A stretch of 64,000 nt of DNA from Podarcis liolepis (taxonomy: Eukaryota), in NCBI GenBank assembly GCA_965112155.1, contig OZ218101.1; one strand, 5' to 3'. The notes under the pieces are model-generated. The model made no database searches, was not told the origin of the DNA, and saw nothing but the letters and a program-made list of their open reading frames with translations. Below, in pieces: positions 25,147 through 36,711 of the stretch (the first letter of the stretch is position 1; each line of letters starts with the position of its first letter). The position numbers and the translations under genes are program-made.

Positions 25147-25509
25147 GGGACGCGGGTGGCGCTGTGGGTAAAACCTCAGCGCCTAGGACTTGCCGATCAC
25201 ATGGTCGGCGGTTCGAATCCCTGCGGCGGGGTGAGCTCCCGTCGTTCGGTCCCAGCTCCTGCCCACCTAGCAGTTCGAAAGCACCCTTAAGTGCAAGTAG
25301 ATAAATAGGTACCGCTGTATAGCGGGAAGGTAAACGGCGTTTCCGTGTGCTGCTCTGGTGCCGGTTCGCTGGAGCAGCTTCATCACGCTGGCCACGTGAC
25401 CCGGAAGTGTCTGCGGACAGCGCTGGCTCCCGGCCTCTAGAGTGAGATGAGCGCACAACCCTAGAGTCTGTCAAGACTGGCCCGTACGGGCAGGGGTACC
25501 TTTACCTTT
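25147..25509 (+). mobile_element. Sauria SINE, CpG-rich subfamily, with TSD
   Basis: Full length; TSD tacctgaagaaaa at 25134-25146 and 25509-25521. Confidence 0.95.
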
Positions 25510-25543
25510 ACCTGAAGAAAAGCATAGATGTTCAAGCGTGTAC

Positions 25544-25770
25544 ATTATTTGTTTATTCTATTTATATCCCACCTTTTCTCCAAAGAGCCCAAGGTGGTGT
25601 ATACAACTTTCCCCCACTCTCCATTTTATCCTCACAACAACCCTGTGAGGTAAAGCAACTGTGACTGGCCCAAGGTTGACCCAGTGAACCTTATGACCGA
25701 GTGATGATACAAACCCTGGTCTCCCGTGGCCTAGGCCTAGTAACTCTAGCCACTACGCCACACTGACTCT
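25544..25770 (-). mobile_element. CORE-type (MIR-like) squamate SINE
   Basis: ttatcctcacaacaaccctgtgaggt...gactggcccaagg...; homologous to 3044-3279. Confidence 0.7.
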
Positions 25771-26070
25771 TGCACTGGTGATGTTAAAGGCAACCAGATC
25801 TTGTCTGGTTTACTTCAAAAATAAAAAGCATATTGAGTTAGAGGGGTTCTTGACATGGGAAGAATGTACAGTACAGGATTTTCAAAATAAAAAAATAGTT
25901 ACCTCAGACAGGTTTTTCTTGTTTCCACCCCTACATTCCCCGGCCCATTAACAAAGAGCAGAGACTTATTTGCTGTTTCTTCTGTACCTTATACTAGGTT
26001 TTCTATTTTATTGGCATTGGGGCAGATCTCTGATGTGAATATATATATTGTGTTCATTTTTTTTTAATAG

Positions 26071-26265
26071 GTAGCTAGTATTGAGAAGATGGAGGACACT
26101 AGCCTTCTTCCCAATCCCATCATTATTAGCATAAAAAGCAAGACGGCCTTTCAGTTCATTGAGCTGAAGGACAGAGATACCCTGGTGGAGAATCTGCTTC
26201 TAAGATTAAAGAAAGTGAAGGCTAGCAACGCATCGTTCCATAGAAATTTGAAAAGCAAAGAGATG
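26071..26265 (+). CDS. TBC1D8: TBC1D8 exon 7
   Basis: atag|VASIEKMEDTSLLPNPIIISIKSKTAFQFIELKDRDTLVENLLLRLKKVKASNASFHRNLKSKEM|gtatta; 195 nt. Confidence 0.93.
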
Positions 26266-26994
26266 GTATTAAATGTCTAACCTCTTTCAGCTGTATGCTC
26301 AGTATATTTTGCTAGTACCTTTAAAACTAGAAGAATACTACTGGTATTATAAATGGGTTCATTTTTTAAAGATAAGATGTGACAAACAATAATTTAAACA
26401 TGCTCTCTTTCCTGATGTGGCTGCAGAGATAAGAAATGCAGGTCTAGTAGGGAAGTAGCTGGAGGATCACCCCAATTTGTAACCCACTTCTAGCTAGAGG
26501 AAAGAGGATGATATATTTTGAAGATATAGGGAAGAAGAGTTGGTGGTTGAGCTCATGACATCTGCTCAGTCCTGTGTGTGCACTTACTCACTATAGTGCT
26601 GTGTAAATTTATAGCTGTAACACTCCTTAGTTTATATTTTCATCATCTACATAATTAGTTTCACATCTAATTTGCCAAATAGTGTAGAAGAGCAAAAAAG
26701 TGTAGTGAGCATAGTTGAAATATATATCTAAAGAGATGGCATGACAGGCTTGCGTATACTAGAGAATTACATTCCTTTTACTTGCTATGGATTTTGTGTA
26801 TGGATTAGAGGCAGTTCATGGGATTTTTTATTAATGTGCTTTCAGCTGGCTTCAGGTGCTTCTTATTCCAAAGCAGAGAAAATAAAGTCAGTCGATAAAC
26901 AAGTTTAGTAGATGTTTAGTTGTTGTTATTGGATCTACACAATAAAGCTTTGAAACGGATTCTGTTTGTTTCCCCTCCCCCTTTACTTGTGCAG

Positions 26995-27165
26995 CAAAAT
27001 TCTCATTCAACACATGCCGATTATGAAATTGGGAACTTGGGGATAGTAGCTTCACAAAGCAATAACGGGAGTGAAAATGACAGCAGCAGTAGACATCTGC
27101 TGAATGCAGAGGCCCTGAGTTCAGCATTTCATCCTTCTGGAATAGATGGTCTGGATTTTAGAATG
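26995..27165 (+). CDS. TBC1D8: TBC1D8 exon 8 (variable linker)
   Basis: gcag|QNSHSTHADYEIGNLGIVASQSNNGSENDSSSRHLLNAEALSSAFHPSGIDGLDFRM|gtatgt; 171 nt, phase 0-0. Confidence 0.88.
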
Positions 27166-27648
27166 GTATGTAAAGCCACAATTTTAGTTATTGGGGACTT
27201 TTGAAAAGCTTGTTCACAGTCTCTCCTTGCATTATCTGACATGCTATTAATATTACATGTATTTTAGGTACCGGGCAAAAACCTTCCTCTTCCCCCAAGC
27301 CTTTGGCTAATTAAACAATCCATGGCCTTTTAAATGGGGTGGGTGGGTTATTGCTTCTGTTTGCTACTATGTTATATTTTTGTGGGTTCATATTGTGATT
27401 CTCAGATGAAGGGCAGTATAGAAATCTAATTGTTGTTGTTGTTGTTGTTGTTAATAATGATGATGAACCTTGCATTTTAATGATTTTGGGGGGGAGGTGG
27501 CATTCTGAAATTCTTCAGAGAGAAACATCTGTCTAAACTATAGGACTGAGGCCTTCCTTCCTTTGTTTACATTAATGACTTCTTTCCTTTCCTTCTGCAA
27601 TCTATTCTCCTTAGCCCATTCCTTTGTTTGTAGCATATATAGTATATA

Positions 27649-27817
27649 CCGTATTTTTCGCTCTATAACATGCACCCGACCATAACACGCATGTAGTTTT
27701 TAGAGGAGGAAAATCCGTAGGCATGCCACCCGTAGGCATTCCCTCCATAACACGCACAGACATTTCCCCTTACTTTTTAGGAGGAAAAAAGTGAGTGTTA
27801 TGGTGCAAAAAATACGG
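27649..27817. mobile_element. Tc1/mariner-like MITE
   Basis: ta|ccgtattttt...aaaaatacgg|ta TIRs with TA TSD. Confidence 0.85.
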
Positions 27818-28364
27818 TACTTCCTATAGTACATAGGAAATGCTATAGGTTGGAGCAAATACCGTCTGTATCTGAGCAAGGACCATTTCTTCATTTTGAA
27901 ATCGAAGTTGTAGAAACGGTTTTGCAAGTTGTGCCATAGGAATGATTTAATACTTCCTCAAAACAGATGCAGGTTATGTTGAGAATATGATAATGAGTTG
28001 TTACAAAAGCTTCTCATTATAGCGTCTTAAAAATGTAATGTAGGAAATAGTCCCAAGAGACTGTGTAATGCTCTGACTTTTCTTCTGGTGCATTTCATCA
28101 TCATTGTCTATGATGATTTGTGATTGCATATAAACTGTTTCACAGTCGAAAGCTGCTAAAGTGGTGTATAATAAGATAAAAATAAGATATAATGCAAATG
28201 ACTCAGTGAGCTTAAAAAGCAATAAAACAATATCTACAATTGTACAATTCTTATTGGATTACATGAGATGTTTAGTTAGTTAAATATTGATATGTTACTG
28301 CTGTGTTTTATATAAATTGTTCTTAAGTGTTATATGTTAACTGTATTTTGTATTTGTAATATTC

Positions 28365-28492
28365 TGCAGCCTTTTAAATGTGTTTGTGGGAGGGGTGGTT
28401 ATTGTTTTTTGTTTTACTTGTGCTTTGTAAGGCAGTTTTACCTTGTATTTGTATCCTGTGAACTGCCCTGAAATCTTGTGATGAAGGGCGGG

Positions 28493-28523
<31 letters not shown>

Positions 28524-28733
28524 CCCACCCATCTGGCTGGATTTCCCCAGCCACTCTGGGTGGCTCCCAACTGAATATCAAAAACACAATACAGCATTAA
28601 ACATTAAAAACTTCCCTAAACAGGGCTGCCTCCAGATGTCTTTTAAAAGTAAGATAGTTGCTTATTTCCTTGACATCTGATGGGAGGGCGTTCCACAGGG
28701 CAGGCACCACTACCGAGAAGGCCCTCTGCCTGG
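28365..28733. mobile_element. Two convergent L2 3' ends (+ 28365-28520; - 28521-28733) sharing one (AAT)n tract
   Basis: tgtgaactgccctg...gatgaagggcgg(ata)n runs into the reverse-strand L2 tail encoding RAFSVVVPALWNALPSDVKE. Confidence 0.75.
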
Positions 28734-28913
28734 CTATTGATAATAATAATAAATAATAGTAATAGTAATAGTAATATGTTAGTTTGTCATTGTGAATCTG
28801 GTATGGCTGGGATGGAGAACTTGTGGTCCTCCAGTTGTGGTTGGACTTCATGAGCATCTGCATATTCACTTTCCCTGTGCTATTGTACTGAACTGTTTTT
28901 TATTGTTTAGAAT

Positions 28914-29052
28914 GATAGCTCGGTCAGTAGAGCATGAGACTCTTAATCTCAGGGTCATGAGTTCAAGCCCCATTTTGGGCAAAAGATTCCCACATTGCAG
29001 GGGGTCAGAATATAGATGAGCCTTGTGAACTCTTCCAACTCTACAATTCTAG
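28914..29052 (+). mobile_element. tRNA-Lys(CTT)-derived SINE with CR1 tail
   Basis: gatagctcggtcagtagagcatgagactcttaatctcagggtcatgagttcaagcccc (tRNA-Lys-like head) fused to attcc.cattgcaggggg...ttccaactctacaattct, the same tail as the CR1 at 2633-2970. Confidence 0.8.
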
Positions 29053-29448
29053 GATTTGCCTATATTGATTGTAATTTTGATATTTAAAATTGATGATTTA
29101 GCACTTTTTGCCAGCTGTTCTAGACTTCTTGCTAGAAGGAAAAAGCAGGATATAAGTATTAAAGGAAATTAGACATTTCCTAATTTTCTGCTTTCCCTGT
29201 TGCATAACTGGCTAATGGCTTGCCTACAGGCTTTCCAGATAATATTCATATTTGTAGCTGTCTTCCTGCTGCTTTGGAGCTGCATAAATATTGACCAATA
29301 TACAGGACTGTAACAGCATTCTGTAGTCTATTTTTTGTTGCATTGTCCATCACTACAAACAAATAGCTTTCTCTGAACGAAAGGCTATTCCATTGCATCA
29401 TGGCTTGTATAAATATGATGGATTTAATATTCCTCTCTTGGCTTTCAG

Positions 29449-29599
29449 TCTAGGGAGCAAATCAAAGAGAGCCTGTGGAATGATCACTTTGATGAGTATG
29501 GCAGAACTGTCTGTATGTTCCGAACAGAAAAAATCAGGAAACTGGTTGCTATGGGAATTCCAGAATCTTTACGAGGCAAACTGTGGCTCTTTTTCTCAG
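29449..29599 (+). CDS. TBC1D8: TBC1D8 exon 9
   Basis: tcag|SREQIKESLWNDHFDEYGRTVCMFRTEKIRKLVAMGIPESLRGKLWLFFS|gtgaga; 151 nt. Confidence 0.97.
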
Positions 29600-30339
29600 G
29601 TGAGAATTCTGCGGTGTGACTTTTCCAAGAAACCTGACCAGGTATTTCACCATGGAAAGAAGCAAGCGAGAAAGGGAAATGAAGATTTATGGCCCCATTT
29701 AATTTTCTAGTAATGGAAAAGGACCAGGTGATTTGGGTACAGCCCATAGAGAGAGAAATGTTTCGCTGCTAGCTGCTTAGGGCTATAGGTAATTAAATTA
29801 TACCCATTTGTTTCATACAAATGGTAAGTAATAAGGTCTTTATACCAAAATAATAGCCTTTATATCAGCAGACATTGCTGAGATGTTATACTTGGCACAA
29901 AAAACTGAAATGAGAAGCTTAAGACTTCCTCTGCCATTTCCTTTGCTACAAGCTAAAAGCAGGACTGTTGGAATAAGATAACAATCTCTGATACAGTGTT
30001 TGTGATTCAGATATGCAACACTTGCACGATTAAATCCTTCTATTTGAAATGGGATTTAAGACAGAGGATCCTATACTGCTGGCCCCATATTTATGTAAAT
30101 TAGCAAGTTTTACCATATATAGCAAGTTAGGTTATTGAAGTATTTTCAAACTCACATTCCTTCTTCTGCACAGTGTTTCATATTACAAAAATGTAGTTGT
30201 GTGTTCTGGAATAATTTTGATTTAGGAATATGTTAGATATTCAGAATCTAGTTTCACATAGTTGTTCCTTTGACAAATAGCATATATTTATATTTGGATT
30301 CATAACTAATCTTCAGTTCTTGCTTTTCCTTTTCTTCAG

Positions 30340-30554
30340 ATGCTGCAACAGATTTGTATACCCACCCTGGTTACTATGAAAACTTAGTGGAGGTGTCCAT
30401 GGGCATGTGTTGCATAGCAACAGAGGAAATAGAACGTGACTTGCATCGCTCGTTACCTGAGCACCCTGCCTTCCAGAGTGAAACAGGCATAGCTGCATTG
30501 AGGAGAGTTTTGACAGCTTACGCACACAGAAACCCCAAAATTGGGTACTGCCAG
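30340..30554 (+). CDS. TBC1D8: TBC1D8 exon 10 (Rab-GAP TBC domain)
   Basis: ...[46 protein letters not shown]|gtaaag; contains the IxxDxxR and YxQ catalytic motifs; 215 nt. Confidence 0.98.
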
Positions 30555-31377
30555 GTAAAGAAAGATCCGTTACGCCACCAATTTGCAGATGAACTCCTTC
30601 GAAAATGACAGGCTTCAGCATGTTAAGGGAGATGCACTAAGGCAGGGGGGTGGTCAGTAGAAAAGGCGACAGCTTCTGTCTCGCCCTTTCCCTAGTATCA
30701 CATTCTATGTGAAGTGTGAAGTGCAGTTGGCCAGCTTACTCTCTGTGCAAGTTAAGATGGTTCCACTGTGCTGTGCTTCATTTATTTCTTCTCTTCATTA
30801 GCAGTGTGGCTATTAGGGAAACTACCTGTGAAATGCCTCTCAGCTTCTGTGAGCTCTGTTTGTAGGTGACTTTGAGCAAAGGTTTTTCTCAGCTCTGTGT
30901 CCTGAGATCAGTTAAATGGAGATGCTAGAAAGCAGCTGTGGCTGCTGCTGAACTAAGACCCCTCGCCTTGAGGAGATATTTTGTCTTGGGTTACAGTTGG
31001 GGAGACCCACACCATATTTTTGTCACTTTCAGAAGCTTATAGTGAAAGAGTGAGAACTCAGTTCTGGAGCAAGCTTTTGTTGTCTATTTCATTACGCCCA
31101 CATTGTTATCCAAACGCTAAATTAACAGAAGTCTCTCGCTATGTGGGTTGAAAGCTATATCCAAAAGTTTTGTGCTTCTAGCGGTGCAGCAATAAAGCTG
31201 CTAGCACCTTTCCAAAGCTAACCAGGGTCCGTATGGTTTCAAATTGAATGGGGAAATGTCTGTACATAACCTTTACATGGGTTATTTAACCTCAGCTCTG
31301 ATTATTTATTTTTTAAACTCATTACATGTTTTAAAAAGGTGTCGCGGCAACTAAAATTGTCTTCTTTGACTTTCTAA

Positions 31378-31533
<156 letters not shown>

Positions 31534-32201
31534 TGATTCCTAGGGAAATAAAACAGTCAACACGCTGTATATCGGGGCTTGGGAAACGTTGGTTCTCTAG
31601 GTGTTGTTGGACTCCAGTCCCCATAGCCAGTGCTTAGGGATAATTGGCGATTTTGTCCAGCAACAAAACCTGGACAGGTTCCCCACCCCTCCTGTCGATT
31701 TTCTATTAATTCAATTTGGTGACATAAACTCTGCTCTATATTAAACGCTTTCCTCTCTTGAAGTTTTTATATGGGCATTGGATTCCTTATATTGAACAGT
31801 ATAAAAAAACCGCTCCATGGCTTATTTTTCATAGTTGAGATTAGGTTGCGTATTGTATGTGTAGCGGAGGGAAATATTGTGCTCTATTTTAATTGCATCA
31901 GTCCCCTGTTGCCACTTTCTTTTGACAGTCATTTCAGGTAGTACTTACATTTTCTTGCACTTTTTATACTGAAGTGTTAAGTTCTGCCATGTTATTATTT
32001 CATAGATGCTCCCCAAAGGGTGTTACAGATGCTTTCCCCACCCTCCCTTTTAAAAAGCTTTGAAACCATTCAATAACTCAGTATTGTGATCTGTTAAGAG
32101 GAGGAATGAGGCTTGAATCCATAAAATAATTGTATTAAATTATAAAGCTAAAAGAATTATTTATTTCAACCTTGGCTGACGTTATCTGCCGTGATTTCCA
32201 G

Positions 32202-32487
32202 GTGCTCAGGTGGATCAGTCTATATTCGAAGAGCTGATCAAGGAGCGGCTGCCTGAACTGGCTGAACATATGAAAGACCTTTCCACACTGGCTTCCGTTT
32301 CCCTGTCGTGGTTCCTCACTCTCTTTCTCAGTATCATGCCCCTAGAAAGTGCTGTTAATGTTGTCGACTGTTTCTTCTTTGATGGGATCAAAGCCATTTT
32401 CCAGTTTGGCTTGGCTATCCTTGAAGCCAATGCTGTAGAACTGTGCAACAGCAAAGATGATGGTCATGCCTTGATGATTCTGAGCAG
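32202..32487 (+). CDS. TBC1D8: TBC1D8 exon 12
   Basis: ccag|[67 protein letters not shown]...ALMILS(R)|gtattg; 286 nt. Confidence 0.97.
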
Positions 32488-32923
32488 GTATTGTTCTGAC
32501 TACTATGTTTCAGAGCTGCAACACTAACACTGCTGCCTTTTTTTAAAATAAAAATAAATGTTTATTTAACAGTAATAAAATGATACAGAGAAACTTGTTC
32601 CGAACATTTAATGACAACGCTTGCCTCCCCACTATGCTTTTTAGTAGCTGTTTTCAAAGAAAAGAACCACATATTCCAGAAACTTGATAAGTCGTTGCTA
32701 CTTTTAATTTCTTCCCTAAAGCAAAAAAAAAAATGCAGTTCTTGGCTTCATAAAGGCATATGATCACCTGGGAACAGCTTCTAGGCAGAGAACAAGCCTG
32801 ATCTGGTTCAATAAGGTGCTTATTTAAAAAATGAGAAGTGAAATCTAGGACTGCTTTACACTGAGTGTAATAGAGTGCATTAACAAAAAGTGGATTTAAA
32901 TGTTTTTTCTTTATTTATTTCAG

Positions 32924-33053
32924 GTTCTTAGATCATGTTAAGAATGAGGAAAGCCCTTTGCCCCTGATTGGCAACCAGCATGCCTTTTTCAGTGATGATA
33001 TAGAGCCCTGTCCTACAACAGAAATAGCAGACCTAATTCGGGATTCTTATGAG
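32924..33053 (+). CDS. TBC1D8: TBC1D8 exon 13
   Basis: tcag|FLDHVKNEESPLPLIGNQHAFFSDDIEPCPTTEIADLIRDSYE|gtaaca; 130 nt. Confidence 0.96.
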
Positions 33054-33260
33054 GTAACAGTGAAATGGTAGTTGGAAGTTCTGGTTGGAAACTCACTAAG
33101 TGTTTAAATATCAGTTTTATGTTAACTTGAGTCAAAATACAGATAGCACAACTGTGGTGAATATGGTACATGTTCCGGTTTAAACATACTGACTATATTA
33201 TATATTTAAAAATGTACACTGAGATGCAGGCTGAAGCAAAAATCTATTCTTGCATTTTAG

Positions 33261-33359
33261 AAATTTGGAGACCATTCTGTGGAGCAGATTGAGCACATGC
33301 GCTACAAACACAGGATCCGTGTTCTGCAAAGCCACGAAGAAACCACTAAACAGAACGTG
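33261..33359 (+). CDS. TBC1D8: TBC1D8 exon 14
   Basis: ttag|KFGDHSVEQIEHMRYKHRIRVLQSHEETTKQNV|gtgaga; 99 nt. Confidence 0.96.
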
Positions 33360-34042
33360 GTGAGAATGCTCAAAAGTTAGAATGTTTCATTTATTTTAAA
33401 ATTATATGTTTCATAGATTCATATGTTTCATAGATTGAAACATATGAAAATCTACCTAACGATTAATTTTGATTTTTAAAAGGAACAAAATGTGACACCA
33501 AAAAATACAGAGCTCTTCAGTATTGTGAATGGCACAATCCATATGAAATGTCTCTGCTTTAAAGCTGTGGAAGGAGAGGAGTTAAGCCACTTGAGATTTG
33601 TTATTTCTGTTTCTTGTCCAAATGGGAAAGTGCTTCTCTGCCTCACAAATAGGGCAAGGGGACAAAATCTTGGCAGGTGAACGTGGTAGCTCTGGTTGTG
33701 GGCAAATTAGTCCAGCAAGCGGCAGACACCTTGCCATAAACTGAAAGGGCCAGGGATCTTGGCACTGGAGTACAGCAATAGATTGTCTCTCATTCCCTGT
33801 TTTTCTGCCATGTAGGAGAAAGTTGTTGATACTTAGTGTTGGGTGGGCAAGAGATAGACAGGAGATGACTTGATAAAACAGGTGTCAGGGTTACGATTCT
33901 AAAACAATACAAGAAGGTAACACACAAGAAAGGTGGAATACCTAAGCGTTCCAGATTTTAACTATACTAAGTTGCTGTGAGAAGTGATATTGCCAGCAGC
34001 TATGCCAGGTTACCACTAGGCTCACTCCTGTTTCCTCTTAAG

Positions 34043-34111
34043 CTTAGAGTTGTCATCCCGGATGTCTCCATCGCTCCTGAAGACTTGGAAGAACTGTATG
34101 GCTTGTTTAAG
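34043..34111 (+). CDS. TBC1D8: TBC1D8 exon 15
   Basis: taag|LRVVIPDVSIAPEDLEELYGLFK|gtatgc; 69 nt. Confidence 0.95.
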
Positions 34112-34311
34112 GTATGCAAAACACTGAAAAAATGCATGTAATCCCAGAAAAGAAAGGTTATATCCTGTGTTAGCCATATTCAGGTCTATCTATAGGTCTA
34201 TATCTAAGCTTATGGACAGAAATCTTAGAAATCAACCAGACAATCCTGTCTTGCTTACTATTAGTTTTGCTATTTCCTTTTTATCCTTGGTAGCTTTTTC
34301 AAGGATGTAAA

Positions 34312-34313
<2 letters not shown>

Positions 34314-34348
<35 letters not shown>
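34314..34348. repeat. (TG)n microsatellite
   Basis: Seen directly. Confidence 0.95.
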
Positions 34349-34353
<5 letters not shown>

Positions 34354-34835
34354 CCTGCATGCTTTCAGATGTTGTTGGACCCCAAACCCCCATGGTCAAT
34401 TGTCAGGGATGATAGTTCAACAGCAACTGGTGGGTCAGATTCCCTGCTCCTGTTCTAAACTGCTCCTTTTCCCTGTCAATGTCTTTTTTTAAAAAAAGGT
34501 ATAGGGTAAGTTGGATGGAGAACACAGGACCAGAGTGCCATATGCAGCCCTCCTCTGCCCAGCTTTAGCGACTTTCAGCAGGCCATAGCCTGCTCTGCCC
34601 CCTTCTTGGCTGCTTTTGTGTGGATGGAATGTGTTCTAGGGTGGTGAAAATGTCTCCTGCTTGGCTGGATTGCGAGGGGTGCATGTAGAAAACATACTGG
34701 AATGTAGTTACTGTGCAAAGGCAAGAGCCATATTCAGGAGTGCCTGCAGGTTCATTGCTTCACGTCTAGATTTTATAATTGTATCTGGGTCTTTCCCCCT
34801 CCAATGTTTCATTATTTTTTTTAAATTCTCCTTAG

Positions 34836-35079
34836 AAAGAACATCTAATGAGCTGCTACTGGGAATGGAATAGTGCAGTTGTAATTCAGCGCCATAATCC
34901 AAGCAGACCTTATGCAGAGCAATACAGAATTGACTCTCGGCAGTTCACTAACCTGTATAAACTTGTTTCACCCTGGACATGTGGTGAGCATACTGAAGTT
35001 CTAGCAGAAAGGACATTCCGGCTTTTGGATGAAAACATGGACCATCTCATTGAATTCAAAGCTTTCGCTGGCTGCTTAG
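34836..35079 (+). CDS. TBC1D8: TBC1D8 exon 16 (EF-hand-like region)
   Basis: ttag|KEHLMSCYWEWNS...PSRPYAEQYRIDSRQF...AERTFRLLDENMDHLIEFKAFAGCL|gtaaat; 244 nt. Confidence 0.97.
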
Positions 35080-35695
35080 GTAAATACATCTCTAAAGATG
35101 CAACAGCCATTGGGAACTTATCAGAAGAGGGTGTGCAGGTGTACACCAGTCAGGATGACAGAGTATAATGTGGTGTGCGTGTTCCTGGTAATTTGTCTCT
35201 TTTTAGGATTCTTCCAGGTCACAAAACCTTTTGTGACACCCTTGCAATGGGTCCTGAGATTTTATGCTGTTGTGAACAAAGAAACAGTGGAAGCTTCAAA
35301 TATGCTTTTCCACAAGACTTACATTAATTTAACAGTCCCTTTTTAATCCCTTAGTGCTCGTGGAACCATTAAAATCTTAGCCTGGCCAAAGGATAGGAAA
35401 TAGCTTCCCTTACAGGTGGCTTAGATTCATTTTTAAAATCTGCAAGTGTTTTGTTTTTCAGCATGAGGCCTTATTTCTATCTGAAAGTCTTGGGGACAAT
35501 AGGCATTCTTAATCAAGTGCCTTCCAGCCCACAGTTCAGTTATATGACTTTTGATATTTACACAAGGGTCAAGCGTGTAGATTAGGTTCTAAACCAAATT
35601 GTCTGCAGATACTATGATGGTTTCTCACATAGTTTTATTCCTTCGTGCTTCAAGTGTGAAGGTCAAGCCTCTGATACACTTTCTTCCTCACACAG

Positions 35696-35761
35696 ATATT
35701 ATGTACAATGGAGAAATGAATGAAAAGATAAAACTGTTGTACAAGCTGCACATTCCTCCTG
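35696..35761 (+). CDS. TBC1D8: TBC1D8 exon 17
   Basis: acag|(D)IMYNGEMNEKIKLLYKLHIPP|gtaaga; 66 nt. Confidence 0.96.
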
Positions 35762-36128
35762 GTAAGAATCTTACAGGATCCCCCTCCCTTTTCGTACTGC
35801 TTGGATCATCCTTTTTTTGTTATATTATGGAAATCCAGTGTGTTTAAAGTGCAGTTGTATACGTAGTGACTCAGCTTTGATATCCTGCAGTTTCTTCCTG
35901 AAGCACCACTTGCCCTCCCTTTATATGAGCCAGTAACATTCCTCCTCTAACAGGCCGTTCATGGTGGGTCCAAAATGTTTGTATGAAGTTGGCATGAGCA
36001 CTGAGGCCTTTGAGCCTCTCCCTCAGACCTAGGGGCCACAAGTGAAAACAAGGGAAAATGTAGGAACCCACAAGGAACTGTTAGGCCTAAAATTAACATT
36101 TTGTGATCATCAATGGTCTTTTTTGTAG

Positions 36129-36218
36129 CCCTCACAAAAAAAGACAGGGACAGCCAATCACCACTGAAGAATCCTTTGTTGTCAACTTCAAGGCCGCTAG
36201 TACTTGGAAAATCAAATG
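36129..36218 (+). CDS. TBC1D8: TBC1D8 exon 18
   Basis: gtag|(A)LTKKDRDSQSPLKNPLLSTSRPLVLGKSN|gtaagt; 90 nt. Confidence 0.95.
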
Positions 36219-36610
36219 GTAAGTGATCTGGTTTGCAAATGGGTATCTGCTTCCCCCTACCCTGCCCCAACTTAGCATATGCAATTCATCGCCTGTGTTA
36301 ATGACCACCACCTTGGATGATTTTTTAAAGCACTTAAAACAAAAGCAAACTGTCAGTGACCGATGGCTATATCCTACACATATCTGCAGGTTCAGAGGCA
36401 GTAAGCCACTGAGCTTGCTCCTAGAGAACCTATTTCCCCCACGTCCTGTATTTGAGCTTTACAAGAGGAATCTGGCTGGCCACTGTAGGAAACAGGATGT
36501 TAGACTAGACTTTGGTCTGATTCACCAGAGCTCCTAAATTCATTTTATTTACATTTTCCTTCCTCCTTTGTTGAAATGAATTGTAATGCCATTTATATCC
36601 TGCTTTCCAG

Positions 36611-36711
36611 GTGACACCATAGATTATCAGAAACAATTGAAGCAGATGCTGAAGGACTTAGCCAAAGAAAAAGATGCCAAGGCTGAAAAAGAGCTACCAA
36701 AAATGTGCCAG
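36611..36711 (+). CDS. TBC1D8: TBC1D8 exon 19
   Basis: ccag|(G)DTIDYQKQLKQMLKDLAKEKDAKAEKELPKMCQ|gtaaga; 101 nt. Confidence 0.96.

Noticed and set aside
28914-28985. Functional tRNA-Lys gene
   Set aside because: Acceptor and D/T arms are damaged, it is fused to a CR1 tail, and it has no pol III terminator. It is a SINE head.
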